In this document: positions 1 through 12,578 of the stretch, piece by piece
Layout: each line of letters opens with the position of its first letter
Numbering within the stretch: the stretch's first letter is position 1
From: Chiloscyllium plagiosum
Lineage: Eukaryota
DNA length: 63,798 nt
Direction of reading: 5' to 3'
Assembly (NCBI RefSeq): GCF_004010195.1
Contig: NC_057719.1
Location: forward strand, 86,639,648 to 86,703,445
The notes under the pieces: generated by a model
Seen by the model: only the letters and a program-made list of their open reading frames with translations
What the model was told of the DNA's origin: nothing
Database searches by the model: none
Made by a program: the position numbers and the translations under genes

Positions 1-36
1 ATCCATTCCAGCATGCACACCTGCTCTTCAAAGGTT

Positions 37-500
37 TCATTCACTACAAAGTTCGTTTCTTTCGTCAAGACAGAAGCAAAAAAACTCATTTAGGACTTCC
101 CCTACCTCCTCAGACACCACACAGAAATTCCCTATGCTATCCCTGATCGGGCCTACTCTTTCTTTGACTATTCTCTTATTCCTCACATAAGTGTAAAGTG
201 CCTTTGTGTTCTCCCTAATCCGTTCTGCCAAGCCTTTCTCGTGCCCCCTCCTGGCTCTCCTCCGACCATTTTTGAGCTCCTTCCTCGCCTGCCTGTCATC
301 CTCTCGAGCTGAGCTTGACCCTAGCTTCCTCCACCTTATGTAAGCTACCTTTTTCCTTTTGACGAAAAGCTCCACCGCTCTCGTCATCCAAGGTTCCTTT
401 ATCTTACCACTTCTTGCCTGTCTCAGAGGGACATATTTATTCATCACTTGCAACAACTGTTCCTTAAACAGTCTCCACATGTCTATAGTGCCTTTACCAA
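37..500 (-). mobile_element. CR1 LINE ORF2 fragment
   Basis: Translates W..FK..LL....KYVP...PWMT...ARRGHEK.LA.RIRENTKALYTYVRNKR, the CR1 endonuclease-RT linker. Confidence 0.85.
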
Positions 501-504
501 GGAA

Positions 505-796
505 CATGTGCAAACTCCACACAGACAGTTGCCTGAGGTGGGAATTGAACCCGGGTGTCTGGCGCTGTGAGACAGCAGCGCTAACCACTGTGCCACCATG
601 CTGCTATGACTGGGTTTCCTCCCACAGTCCAAAAATGTGCAGGTTAGGTGAATTGGCTATGCTAAATTGCCCGTAGTGTTAGGTGAAGGGGTAAATGTAG
701 GGAAATGGGTCTGGGTGGGTTGGTCTTCGGAGGGTCGGTGTGGACTTGTTGGGCCGAAAGGCCTGTTTCCATACTGTAAGCAATCTAATCTAATCT
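505..796. mobile_element. HE1/V-SINE-like element with an inverted 5' half
   Basis: tRNA-like head on - (about 505-604) followed by the 3' body and (AATCT)n tail on + (about 611-796). Confidence 0.8.
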
Positions 797-1350
797 TAAA
801 TGGTACTTAATTTTCTACTGAGATACAACCAAGGCAAGTGCAGTGCTGAGTAATCAGTTAAAATTCAAAGCCTTGGAAAGGCAGGATTGGAGTTTATTAC
901 TCTGTACTTACATTCACATCCTTGTCGAGAACATATCAAATTTTGACTAGAAATTTAGGCTTTTGTCTATTAATACTTGGAAAGATGCAAGAAAACTAGT
1001 AAATCACAGATCAGCACAGTTTAGATTGTATATAGGATGCCAAAAAAATTCTAATCAAGACATGGAAAAACCATTTTCACAGTTTAGTGGCTTTGTTATT
1101 CTTATTGGGGAGGGAGAAATCAATCAGCTATAAATCTCATTGGATTGGATAGGAAAGCCAGAAAATTCCTATGTGCTGTCTAATAGGTTAGACATATTGA
1201 GATAATTATTGTGAAGTAACTGATAAATTAATTTTACAGAGAAGCATGTACAAAGTTATCCATGTTTCAGTTATATCCCAAACCTACTGTTCAGATTTTA
1301 CCATGTAATTAACCTTTGTTCTCCTTTCGATCTTTCCCACTTCTAACCAG

Positions 1351-1537
1351 GTTCTGAAGAAGACTGAGGAATTTTGTAAAGAACATGATATCCCTTTCCC
1401 AAAAATTGATGTGGCAGACATTCTTGAAAATAGTCTACAAGAATGCTATGTCTTCATGGATGAAAACAATCCCAGAGTTCCTATAGTAGTTCATTTCCCC
1501 CTCACAAATGCCACATTCAAAGATTATGTTTCTCCAG
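1351..1537 (+). CDS. Cytosolic phospholipase A2 (PLA2G4 family, B/D/E/F-like), penultimate coding exon
   Basis: ttctaaccAG acceptor and GTAAGA donor. Translates VLKKTEEFCKEHDIPFPKIDVADILENSLQECYVFMDENNPRVPIVVHFPLTNATFKDYVSP-G; IPFPKI, ECYVF and PIVVHFPL are cPLA2 C-terminal motifs. Paralog cannot be assigned. Confidence 0.9.
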
Positions 1538-2390
1538 GTAAGAAACTATCCAGCACATAGCAAAACAAACTACTGCTAGATATAAACAATGGCAAATTAG
1601 TGATTAAAAAAAAATTCATTTCTTTTATCCAAAGATTAACCTAACAGCCTAAATCCCACCTCCTCCATGAGGCATGAACTCCTTCAGTTAAAATCACCAT
1701 TCTTATCACCATTCCTGTGCATTTGTGAATCAATAGCTTCGTGTGTTTCCTCAGGCACTTCTCAGCTTTCTTTAAAATTGATGACTGAGCTCCTCAAAAG
1801 TCAACCTATCTACTCCAACTCATTTCTATCTCAAGCCTTCATTTCCTTCCCAAGCATCTTTTTTGTCACCCTTCATTCATACATTTATCAATTCTAGTTT
1901 TCATTTTTCCAACAATCCCATCCTGTGTTCCACGCAAATGTGTCGAAGGCATTTCACCCACATATCCCTGAAAACCAAATTCCCTTTTCACTCCTGCTCT
2001 TGCTCTCGGTAAATTCAAAATCCCCTCTTTCTCCAATCCACAATCAGTTTTTCTTCTCCTGTATCTGTAAGTTACTTCACTTACTCTTTCATCTTGTCTC
2101 CATTTCATTCCCCTCTATCTTGTCCTCCCTAATCACCCATGTCCACCTTCAGGATTCTGGAGCTCATGCTCACTCTCACTATCTTCTTTTCTTCAACACT
2201 CCTGTAACCTATCCCAAAGATAATTTGCAAAGCCTCCAACTCTTCAGCTGTTACTCAATCTTTTATTTTCTCCTTTAAGTGTTCTGTGATATATTGCTAT
2301 GTTAATCACTAATATATAAATTTGCATTGTCAAAAGTAAAAAAAAACTGAACAGTACTTTGTCAGTCACTGCTTTCTGTATCTATTGTAG

Positions 2391-2599
2391 GAGTCCCACG
2401 TACATCTGAGGAAGATAAAATCAATCACAGTTTTGTCCTGGAAGCTGAGAATTCACCATATAGCACCCTGAACTTTACCTACACACCTGATGATTTTGAC
2501 AAGCTGATTGATCTAAATTGCTACAATGTGATGAACAGTAAAGATATTATTCTGATGATCTTGAGTAAGGCATTAGCCAAAAGGAGGGGAGCTACATAA
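2391..2599 (+). CDS. Cytosolic phospholipase A2 (PLA2G4 family), last coding exon
   Basis: tctattgtAG acceptor, phase 1 matches the previous exon. GVPRTSEEDKINHSFVLEAENSPYSTLNFTYTPDDFDKLIDLNCYNVMNSKDIILMILSKALAKRRGAT*; SPYST.NF.Y...F..L..L..YNV is the cPLA2 terminal motif. Confidence 0.9.
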
Positions 2600-2865
2600 A
2601 TGAATGATACTGAATTGTGGAACAAACCTTGTTCTTTCCTCTTCATCCATCCCTTGGTTTATTTGAAGCTGATTCAGCTTTAATCTCCTCATTGATTTCT
2701 TGTGTTGCAGAAATGTTAGCAGACATCTAGCTCAGACCTTGGTCTGATCTGTTCAGAACATGTCACTGGCAAGTATCAAATTCTGATGCAGGTGCCTCCC
2801 TTTAGTCTTCTGGTTTAACCTTCTGGAAATGCAACTCAGCATCATGGCATTGGGATTTAATACTT

Positions 2866-2871
2866 AATAAA
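2866..2871 (+). promoter_or_regulatory. Candidate polyadenylation signal of the PLA2G4-like gene
   Basis: AATAAA about 270 nt downstream of the stop; use not verifiable. Confidence 0.35.
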
Positions 2872-3448
2872 CATCCCAGCAAAAGGAATCAAATTGTCTC
2901 ATGGTCCAAGAACTCTGACCTCTACTGAAAGGTCATCAACTTATCAATATTGAATGGCTCAGATTCCGACTTAGATTAGAAACACAATTTCTGACCTTAA
3001 TAGGCTTAAAACTTGTCCACTTTACATGACCTTTACTCTGAAAATTTCTGGACATGGGATTTCTGCTATGAATCTGTCCAGGAATCCTTAAACCTAGCAA
3101 TGGAGGTGATCATCATCAAAACCATGTCCCCTTTTAAATCAGAGTGCTTTATTTTGTAGTTTAAATGTCCAGTAGACACTTTGATAACTACTGTGGAATG
3201 ATAATATGTGAAGTGAGTGAGTAGGATAGTAGGGCGCCAGGAAAGTGGATTAGTGCTTAGAGTGTGTTTTTCTTGAGTGGGGTGGTGACTACAGCAGGAG
3301 TTTGGCTCAGATGAGGGGAGGGATGTTGGTGGCTAAGTGCTGGGAGAGTGTTAGGTCTGGAGTGAAATTGGCAAGTCAGGATTTCAGTTTTAGATAGTTA
3401 GGGCTATGGTCAATTTTTAATCATCTGACTTTTCCCAAGCAATTATTA

Positions 3449-3596
3449 ATTGGCCATGCTAAATTGCCCATCGTGTTAGGTGCATTAGTCAGGGGTGAAT
3501 GTAGGGGAATGGGTCTGGGTGGGTTGCTCTTCGGAGGGTCGGTGTGGACTTGTTGGGCCAAAGGGCCTGTTTCCACACTGTAGGGAATCTAATCTA
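3449..3596 (+). mobile_element. HE1-like SINE, 5'-truncated
   Basis: ttggccatgctaaattgccc...gggcctgtttccacactgtagggaatctaatct. Confidence 0.85.
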
Positions 3597-4479
3597 AAAT
3601 AAAAATGTCAGTGAGTCACCAGTCTCCAAGGGGATTTATGATGATCTGGCTGTCTATTATCTGGGGCATTAACTCTATTTCTTCTCTATCACTGCTCCCA
3701 GACTTGAATATTTTAAGCATTTTGTTTTTATTTCAGATTTCCAGTAGTCACAAAATTGTACTTCTGTACTTCGCTATCTACATTACTGTCACCTTTTACT
3801 CTTCTAATTATTAGTCAAATATGAGGTGTTACCTGAAAAGAAAGCAGCTTTATTTTATTTGGTGTAATTCACATTTAAATTATTCATGGACTTTGTGTGT
3901 CAGTCTATAGGCAACTGCTCCAACATAACATTTGTCAAGAGAAAAAAAATCCAATCAGCTTCAGTTTTCCATTATCTACAAAGAACATTTATAGTATGCT
4001 TAGATTCTCGGTTTATCAGATTATTATCACTTAAATTTGAATTACCAATGTTTAAATGAATTGTTTGTTGATATTTAAGATTTACTGACCAAGATGCTGT
4101 TATTCCTCCTGTTAATCAATTCTGGGAGTACCTCCTATTGAGGGACATTCTGTAAAATATAATATTCTTTAAATTTACATATTAAATGATTCAGTGTAGA
4201 TATTTTCTAATTAACCTGTTCAGATGATATTATAGACCTCTGGAGTAAATGGGACTTAAACCCAGGACTGCAGGTTCAGACAGCAGGATACTACCACTGC
4301 ATCACTGTAAGCTGAGGTGAATTCAGGGCTTCACTAATCATCAAAACACATTTGGAAACAAATCCATTTCCAGACTGGCAATCTATAGCCAGAGATCAAT
4401 AATCGGGTCACAACTAGTCTACAGTTTATATTCATGACTTGGTTGAAGAGTTGGAGTGGCTTGAAGACAAATTTCGTGA

Positions 4480-5630
4480 GGATAATACAAGGGATGCTAC
4501 AAAGGGATTTAAACATGTTAAGTGAATGGACAGGAAATATTATTGAAGTGGACACAAAGCATCTGGATGTCCTTGTGCATGTGAGAACAGCAAGTAATTA
4601 GGAAGGCAAATGGAATTTCATCATTTATCCTGAAGTGAAATAGAATATTAAAATACGGACATCTGTGTATAGTTTTGATATGTCTCCTTAAATAAGGAGA
4701 CAGTTGAATTGGAAGCAGTTCAGAGAAGGTACGTTTACCACAGTCTTGAGATTAAAGGTTTGTCTTTGAGATAAGGATGATTTTACTGAAAAGTAAGAGA
4801 TTGGGGATGGGGGCTGGCAGAGAAGATGCTGTGAGGATGCTTACCATGATGGGGGAGATCAAGAAAGATAACTTCAAAATAAATACTCTCCTATTTGGTA
4901 GAGATGATGCATTGTATCCTGGTGGCTTGTGTGTTAGAAATAAGATCAGAGGAACACAGCAAGAAACAAAGTTTCAAAATTAAATGGTTGTTGGTTGGAT
5001 ATACAAAAAGCTTAATTGAAATTAAGATTATATAGATGAAGCATGAGTGTATTCTTTTCAATAACATGTTGGTGTTTGTGCATTATCTTTACTCATCAGA
5101 TTGTTCAGGGCAGGGGCAAGCTATACAGAGCAATTTACAATCAGTCTGGGCTAGGTTTGATAATCGATTTAACTAACTAACTAAGTCGCACATCTGTTCC
5201 TTCACACTTGAACAAAGCCAACAAGTGATGAGATATAGAGAAATATCAGGACACAGGTATCTCACAGAGGCATACAGATTTATTTGTTTTCACTGGAGGT
5301 TTTTTAAAAATCTAAATTCACAGCATCAGGATTATTTTTCCTAGCTATTCTAACCTGCTCAGTACAAGATGATAGAGGTGTCCCAGATTATCTACCTTTT
5401 CTGAAGCTGTCACAAAAAGATGTTCCCGTGAAGAGATGTTACAAGGATAGAGGAACACATTTTAGGTTTTGAACAAGAGATACCGGGGCGTGGAGGGAAG
5501 GGAAGAAGAACTTGGTGAATGGCAATACCTAGGATTCACTACCTGTTACAGCAGTAAAAGCAAAGATAATCAATTATTTCCAAAATACCTGGAAAACTAT
5601 TGGACAGAATTAAATGTACAGGGATAGAAT
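4480..5630 (+). mobile_element. Degraded CR1-like 3' fragments
   Basis: Decayed RT C-terminal and 3' motifs (ttggaagcagttcagagaagg), interrupted by unrelated sequence. Confidence 0.5.
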
Positions 5631-6238
5631 CATAGTTTCTGACTCTCACTTTTCCAAAGTTGTGTCCATGGAAAGGAAGCTTTGGCCTTGATTCATAGTA
5701 ATGACATTTTGTTTAATTGTGGTAAGTTTTCTAAATGTTTTAGGATTTTTTTTGAAGAGTAGAATAGGACTGACTGGATTGCTGTACTGAGAATGCTAAA
5801 ACTAATGGGCCAAGTGATTTCTTCCTATACCATGGAAACTTGGGAAAGCCCCAGCTAAACCTCAGGACCTATTCCCATTTAGCCTTGGTTATGTGTCCTT
5901 CTCTCTTGCGTTAAGACTGGAGGAACACTGAGCGAAATACAGATAGTCAATTATAAAATGCAATGGCTACAGCTAATCAAACCTTCCAAAATCCTATGTT
6001 TGTTTATTTTAATACTTGAGTACATACTCAAGTCACAAATTTAGCTTCAGTATTGTTCCCAACCTCTGTCCGGGTAGCAACAGAGGTGGAAGGCTGCACT
6101 CAGCAATCTACATGAAAAGGAGCTGCAACATGAGTAGACTCAGGACAAGGTAAACCAGTTTGAACATGCTAAGCCAATCACTGACCCAATGTTACTGAAG
6201 GTGACAATCTGCTGATACAACATGGAGATTAATTTAGG

Positions 6239-6408
6239 TTAAGGAACACTATGGTTCAAATTCATATACCATGATTTTTAACTAAACCAATGTGTAAAAA
6301 TTTCTTTCCTGCAGTTTAATACAGTCACTGATTAAGGAATGCTATGGTTTGAATTCATACACCATGATTTTTAACTAAACAATGTGTCTGAAAATTCCTC
6401 TCCTGCAG
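6239..6408. repeat. Local direct duplication (about 76 bp, period 93)
   Basis: 6239-6314 and 6332-6408 share ttaaggaa..tatggtt..aattcata.accatgatttttaactaaac.aatgtgt...tcctgcag. Confidence 0.85.
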
Positions 6409-6413
6409 ATTAC

Positions 6414-6419
6414 TTTATT
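6414..6419 (-). promoter_or_regulatory. Candidate polyadenylation signal of EIF2AK4
   Basis: TTTATT on + (AATAAA on -) about 930 nt past the stop; another lies at 6003-6008. Confidence 0.3.
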
Positions 6420-7344
6420 CATGGGAAGAGTCGTTAAATAGCATGGATCCTATGTATCCTTCAAATTCAGTACAGTCTCAGAAAATTCACTTTTGAGACC
6501 CAGGATCAAACTGATGATAGTCACCAATTGTTGGATCATACCTCAAAATTAATAAACTTAAAAGGCACTTTTTCTCCACTTAGAGGACATAATTTTGTAA
6601 CTCAAATAGACAATGTGACCCAAGTGTAAAACTGCAGCTAGAAACAGGAGTATGTTTGAATACGTGACAACACTGCAGGCTCAGTGTCCCAGCAAGCACT
6701 GGGTGTAGCCTGAGTGAAAGTGGCTGTTCAAAACTCAAGCTTCTCTCAGCTGAGGGCAGGGAAATACTCTCTCTCAGTGAGGTGATATGGAACCATATTC
6801 AGCTTAACACTAACTTATTTGTGAGAGTAGGTGGAGCAGATGATCTGCAGAGGCACATGACAAAACAGATCATATACAGTGAAAAACTAACACATATCAT
6901 ACTGATATTAAATTTTTGCCATAAAAATAGCATCCTGTCTCAATCAGGAAAGCCTACAGTATTTACAACATTAAAATAACTGAGGATCCTTTTCAACTCC
7001 AGTCCATGCTGTCTGAAACACACAGAAGCCTAATTTAGCCAATAGCCTGCTGGTGCCCCTACCTGGTAAAACAACTACACAGGTTGTCTGACAGCCTCCA
7101 AAACACTAAAGACAGTGGGTCACCACCTTTGCTTTGGGAGATGGGCAAGTTTTGGAGAAACTGAATGAAAGTGCAAGGCTGAGGACATCTGGAGGAGTGC
7201 TGACTGGATGGTACATGGTTTAACACGTTGCCTCACATCACAGCTGGATGGAAGAATTTCTATTGATTCAAATACTCCGACTGATGCCCAGCTTTGAACT
7301 CCACAGGTAGTTTCCTCGGTCAATACAACCCTTCTATACAAACA

Positions 7345-7402
7345 TTAGAATAGAATCCTGTAGTAGTCGTCTCTGTAACTGTACAAAACGAGGCAGGATA
7401 CT
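7345..7402 (-). CDS. EIF2AK4: eIF2-alpha kinase GCN2, last coding exon
   Basis: ctctacAG acceptor; (R)VSCLVLYSYRDDYYRILF*, matching the vertebrate GCN2 C-terminus LYSYRDDYYRILF. Confidence 0.97.
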
Positions 7403-7552
7403 CTGTAGAGACATAAACATGCAACAAGTTCAGAAGGCAGAACATAGTTAGAGCTAGCTGTAGGATACAGGTTAACTGACCTTTACCTTTTTACAGGGTT
7501 CCTAGTTCCTTGCTGTGGATATAGATCCCTACTATGAAATGTGTTCATCAAT

Positions 7553-7867
7553 GGGGCGGCTCAGTGGTCAGCATTGCTGCCTCACAGCACCAGGGTCCCA
7601 GGTTTAAGTCCGGCCTCAGGTGACTGACTGTGTGGAATTTGTAACGTTCTCCCAGTGTCTGCATAGGTTTCCTCCAGGTGCTCCGGTTTCCTCCCACAAT
7701 CCAAAGATGTGCAGGTCAGATGAATTAGCCATTCTAAATTGCCCATAATGTTAGGTGCGTTAGTCAGAGGGAAATGGGTCTGGATGGGTTACTCTTCAGA
7801 GGGTCGGTGTGGATTGTTCGGGCCGAAGTGCCTGTTTCTACAGTGTAGGGAATCTAATCTAATCTAA
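7553..7867 (+). mobile_element. HE1/V-SINE-like element, near full length
   Basis: tRNA-derived head, central gggtttcctcc.ggtgctccggtttcctcccaca domain and (AATCT)n tail. Confidence 0.88.
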
Positions 7868-8756
7868 TTATTTAGTTGCAACGAGTGAACACCAGCAGAA
7901 AACAAAAATACCTCAGAGGGTCCATGTTACATCTAGTATAGGACTGAAATTATTATTATCATAGTCACAAAAGCTGGAGCTGTTGAGACTGGGAGAGAGG
8001 CAGCTCATTTCAGAATCCCCTGCTGCTGTTTTCCTGAGACTAGTTAATGGGGAAGTGTATGAGAAACTTTACACAGTACCAAGGGTATAGTTTACCTGCA
8101 TGGGACAGTTTGATGGACGTGTGGAGGGAGCTTTACCCACACCTTAAGAACACAAAGAAAGGGGCAGAAGATGACAATTTGGCCTCTTAAACGGACCATT
8201 TGCCTCAACTGTTCTCCATATCCCTGAATTTCTTGAGAATACAAAAATGTACCTTTCTCAGCTTTTAAATGTATTTAACAATGGAACATTTACAACACTC
8301 AGCATTGAAATTAAGAATTTCTTCTTTAAGTTATCTGCCTCTTATCCTGGAACTGTGTTCCTGTGTTATAGATTTACCAGGCAGAGGAAACAAGCCATCA
8401 GTGTCAAGCCTTTTCAAAATCTTAACTCTTAATGAGATCCACTTATTATTCAATTCCAAAGAACGTACACCCAATTTGTTCAATGTGCTGTTTCCAATGA
8501 AATTATATGCTGCCTTAAATGTGGAGATCAAAACTGCACATAATGCTCCAGATATAATCTCACCAGAATAACATAACTGTAGTAACACTGTAACTGCACT
8601 CAAATCCCTTGCAATAAAGGCCAACATGTAATTTGTCTAATCTGCCTACTGTACCTGCATGCTATCCATGCATGCCTTTTATGAGTACACCCTAGTCCTT
8701 CTGAAAATCAACATTTAAACATTCACAATTTTTTAAAAAAATTATTACCTAATGAA

Positions 8757-8882
8757 CAATGGTTTTAAAAGAATCATAACACCAGGTTATAGTTCAACAG
8801 GTTTATTTGGACTATAACCTGGTGTTGTGTGATTTTTACCTTTGTCCACCCCAATCCAACACCAGCAGCTCCACATCATGGC
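8757..8882. mobile_element. Short Penelope-type (family B) inverted insertion
   Basis: aacaccaggttatagt...actataacctggtgtt inversion; TSD TACCTAATGAA at 8746-8756 and 8883-8893. Confidence 0.7.
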
Positions 8883-9276
8883 TACCTAATGAATGATCTC
8901 AGATATCCCATATTACAGTCCACCTGCCACCTGGTAGTTCAATCACTTGATCTGTTATACCTCTTTATACCTTCTCTCCACTTACATTCTTATCTAACTT
9001 TGTATTAACAAAGACTTAGATATGTTACCCACATTCCTTTTATTAAAATCATTATTATGGCCTGTAAATAACTTATCAAATGACTTGGAAATTCAAGTAT
9101 ACTTTCTGCTGGCTTCCCTTTACCCATCCCACTGATTTAAGTTCTCAAAATTTAAAAATGAATACATCTGCCAAGCACAATTCTGCTTTTGTATAGCCAT
9201 GTCAATTCTGACCATGCAATGATTTTTGAAATGCATTGTTAAGATTTTCCAAATAGCAGGTTCCAACATTCTCCTG

Positions 9277-9738
9277 ATAGAGTCATAGAGATGTACAGCA
9301 CGAAAACAGACCCTTCAGTCTGACTCGTCTCAGCCGACCAGATATCCTAAATTATGGGCCAGCACTTGACCCATATCCCTCTAAACCTTCTTGTTCATGT
9401 ACCCATCCAGATGCCTTTCAAATGTTGTAATTGTACCAGCATCCACCCACTTCCTCTGGCAACTCATTCCATACACACACCACCCTTTGTGTAAAAAGTT
9501 GCCCTTTAGGTCCCTTTTAAATCTTTCCCCTCTTACTCTAAACCTATGCCCTCTAGTTCTGGACTCACACATGCCAGGGAAAAGACTTTGTCTATTTACC
9601 CTATCCATACACCTCACGATATTATAAACCTCTAAGGTCACCTAGACGCTAAAACAGCCCTAGTCTATTCAGCCTCTCCCTTTAGCTCAAACCCTCCAAC
9701 CCTGGCAACATCCTCAAATCTTTCCTGAACCCTTTCAA
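9277..9738 (-). mobile_element. CR1 (HER1-like) LINE 3' end
   Basis: EVY.I.R.MDRV....LFP....SRTRGHRF on -, followed by the CR1 3' UTR. Confidence 0.85.
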
Positions 9739-10344
9739 GATGACGGATGTCAGGTTTTCCCTCTACCGTCTTACATGAATACTGAAGTTACATTCGCTAC
9801 CTTCTAGTGTGTTAATGGCTGTTCATCAATATGGTAACTTGTACAAGTGCTATTTCTACAGTACTTCTTTCAGAACCTTAAGGCAAACCGTCATGCTTCT
9901 GAAATTTTTCAGCTTTTAGTCCCTTAGGTTTCTCCAATGCTTTTTCTCTGTTGGCATTAAGTTCCTCACCTTCTTTAGTCATTCTGTTATATTGTGTTTC
10001 GTCAATGCAAATTCATTGTAACAACTCACAAATGGGGGATGCAGTTTCTAAAGCGTGGAACGTTTAAAACATGTTGGCTGTAATGCCAATACAGCACCAA
10101 CATATTTAAATGTTATTTCTAGTGTAATTTTTCTATAAGATGAGGTTGCACAAGAACACGATGATCGCATTATAGAAGAACTGACTGTACAGTAACTTGT
10201 GTCTCTATTGTCAAGTCTGATACAAAAGTATCTTCTTCACTGCTGTCATTTCCTTTGATAATTCCAAAAACAGAGTCCTCTGGCTTATTTCCATTTTTTA
10301 CAACATTATAAGCCTCTTTTTACATTCTTACATACTTTGAAATA

Positions 10345-10640
10345 ACTAGAACTAGGGGGCATAGCCTCAAAAGGAGGGGGGGGGGGGGGGGGGGAGGGGG
10401 AGAGGATTTAGGACTGAGCTAAGGAGGAATGTCTTCATCCAAAGAGTTGTGAATCTGGAATCCCCTGCCCAGTGAAACAGCTGAGACTCCCTCATTGAAT
10501 ATTTTTAATGCCAAGGTAGGTAACGTTTTGAATAGTAAAGGAACTAAGGGTTATGGTGAGCAGGCAGGCAAGTGGAGGTGAGTCCACGAAAAGATCAGCC
10601 ATGATATTTTTCAATTACCCCCTATTTCTTGTGTTCTGAG
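10345..10640 (+). mobile_element. CR1 3' fragment containing a poly-G run
   Basis: agaactagggggcatagcctcaaaa (RTRGHSLK) ... gatcagccatgat; G run at about 10376-10400. Confidence 0.7.
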
Positions 10641-11474
10641 TAAGCCATTGATAGCACTTTCTCACAGAATTTTTGTATGAGATACAATGAATTTTTATTC
10701 ACGATTTTAATTCACCACCACTTTAAATGTTTTCCATTGTTTACTTACTGCTATAACTTTTAGTTTATTTGTCCATCATAAATCCAAAACAACAATCTTG
10801 AGAGGAGCAGAGTGGATCACTCTGCAACTTATTCTGGACATCGCTAATGTATTGTGACTATTTCACCACCAGAGTATCTTCTTCTGTGAGGTTTCTAATT
10901 ACCCATCCCACATTACACAGTATGAACAATAATATGGTTTTACATCCAAGAAGGTATACTCTGTATCTAACCCCTTGCTTTACTATCTTGGGAGTGTTTG
11001 ATGGGACAGTGTCAAGGTAGCTTTACTCAGCATCTAACCCCATGTCCTGGGATACATAAAGCAAAAAACATGTAATGGATGCCTGAAAAAATGGGGTTGA
11101 GCCTCATTCTCCAGCTTGATGAGCACAAAACTACAAATTTCATTTTAGTTTGGCTTCTAGAATGGATTCGCAGTTGTAGTTATTCAGAAATAGCATCTTG
11201 AACTGGGAATGTAAAGCCTGCTATATTCCAGAGTTTCGTGGTATTTCTCAAGGGGTCAGAATATCTAATCAAAGTTTCATCTACTGTACTATCCCCCAAT
11301 TCTCCCATGCAGTATCTGGAGCAACATCCAGGAATATGCCCATTACAAGGAACCCTCCCCCACTGCCTCTACAAACAGTACCCATCACAACAGCCAGGAA
11401 CTTCACCAATGTCGCAATACAGCAGCCAGAAATCTCTCCCACTACTCAAGTACTCAAATGTGCTTCCATCTTAC

Positions 11475-11593
11475 CTCTTGATCAATTTGAAGTGATGGAT
11501 TTGGTCACAGATGGATTTCAGGTAGCGCTGTTTAGTTGACCGGGAAAGCAGATGTTGTACACTGACATTGAACGCTTGCTCATCTCCACCGTA
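11475..11593 (-). CDS. EIF2AK4: GCN2 exon, C-terminal domain
   Basis: YGGDEQAFNVSVQHLLSRSTKQRYLKSICDQIHHFKLIK-R; TAG acceptor, GTAAG donor, 119 nt. Confidence 0.95.
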
Positions 11594-12187
11594 CTAGGAC
11601 AGCAGGAATAACAAATCAGAGCAGAACGCAACATCCAATAATTCCAATACTGATATACTTGCAGAGTGTTGAGGTGACCCAACAGAAAGTACACTCTCAG
11701 ATTTGCTACTGATCAATAAGGAGAACGATGCAGAATACACAACCTAGAATTAGGCTCTGTTGAAGCCATACAGATCAGAAGCTGTGGAGTTTGATCAGTG
11801 GCTCCAGCAGAGAATTATCTTGTGTCAGATGTCAATCGTTGTTTTACAACAGGTCTCAGCAGCTCTAGTCTTGGCAATGAAAAAATCTGATCAAAGGAGG
11901 AATCAGTCTGGGCTGTGATCCCAGTCATACCATGGATTAACCAGCTAACCCAAACTACCTTGAGGAGTGAGTAGGTTTGTGACAGATCTGTAACAGATTA
12001 ACCATTCTTACTACAGTATGGAGGGGGCCTGTGAGAAAATGAAGGAAGTGAGAGAAAATAAGCAAAAATGTGAGAAAATAAGCAGATTTTATAAACAAAA
12101 AGAACACAACAGTAAGCTGTGTGAGTCTTCACCAAACTCCCTGGGAAATAACAGTCATTTACTAATGATATATAAATGAAATCTTAC

Positions 12188-12232
12188 CTCAAGCGATAAG
12201 AAGCTGATCAGAGTTTCCTTCGATATGTCAAC
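12188..12232 (-). CDS. EIF2AK4: GCN2 exon
   Basis: VDISKETLISFLSLE; CAG acceptor, GTAAG donor, 45 nt. Confidence 0.93.
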
Positions 12233-12279
12233 CTGCAAATTACATCACACACCTAGTTGCATATGTGATTTATTTCCCC

Positions 12280-12578
12280 AAATTCTACAACTGGTGGAAT
12301 TTAAATTCAGTTAATAAATCTGAAATATAAAACAGTAACAAGTGACCATGAATCCTTTGCTGATGGTGCATGGCCCATCAGGATCACTAGTGCTCTTCAG
12401 GAAATGAAATTTTGCTGTTCTGACCCGGTCTGGTATACGCGTGACTCCAGACCCACAACAGTACGGGTGACTCTGAACTGCCTCTGAAATGGCCTACAAA
12501 GCCACTCAGATCAGGAGCAGTTAGGGAGAGGCACCGAATGCTGGGCCTGCCAGTGTCACCCACATCCCGTGAAAGAAC
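12280..12578 (+). mobile_element. SacSINE1-like SINE
   Basis: ggtggaattt.aattca...gtgactccagacccaca...cccacatcccgtga; related copies on - at about 51005-51330 and 58560-58900. Confidence 0.6.

Noticed and set aside
4913..5276. Possible solo LTR (TGTAT...ATACA) inside a CR1 relic
   Set aside because: No matching TSD; the termini could be chance.
10376..10400. Poly-G run as a functional G-quadruplex
   Set aside because: It lies within a CR1 relic at a G-rich consensus position, and homopolymer length is unreliable.
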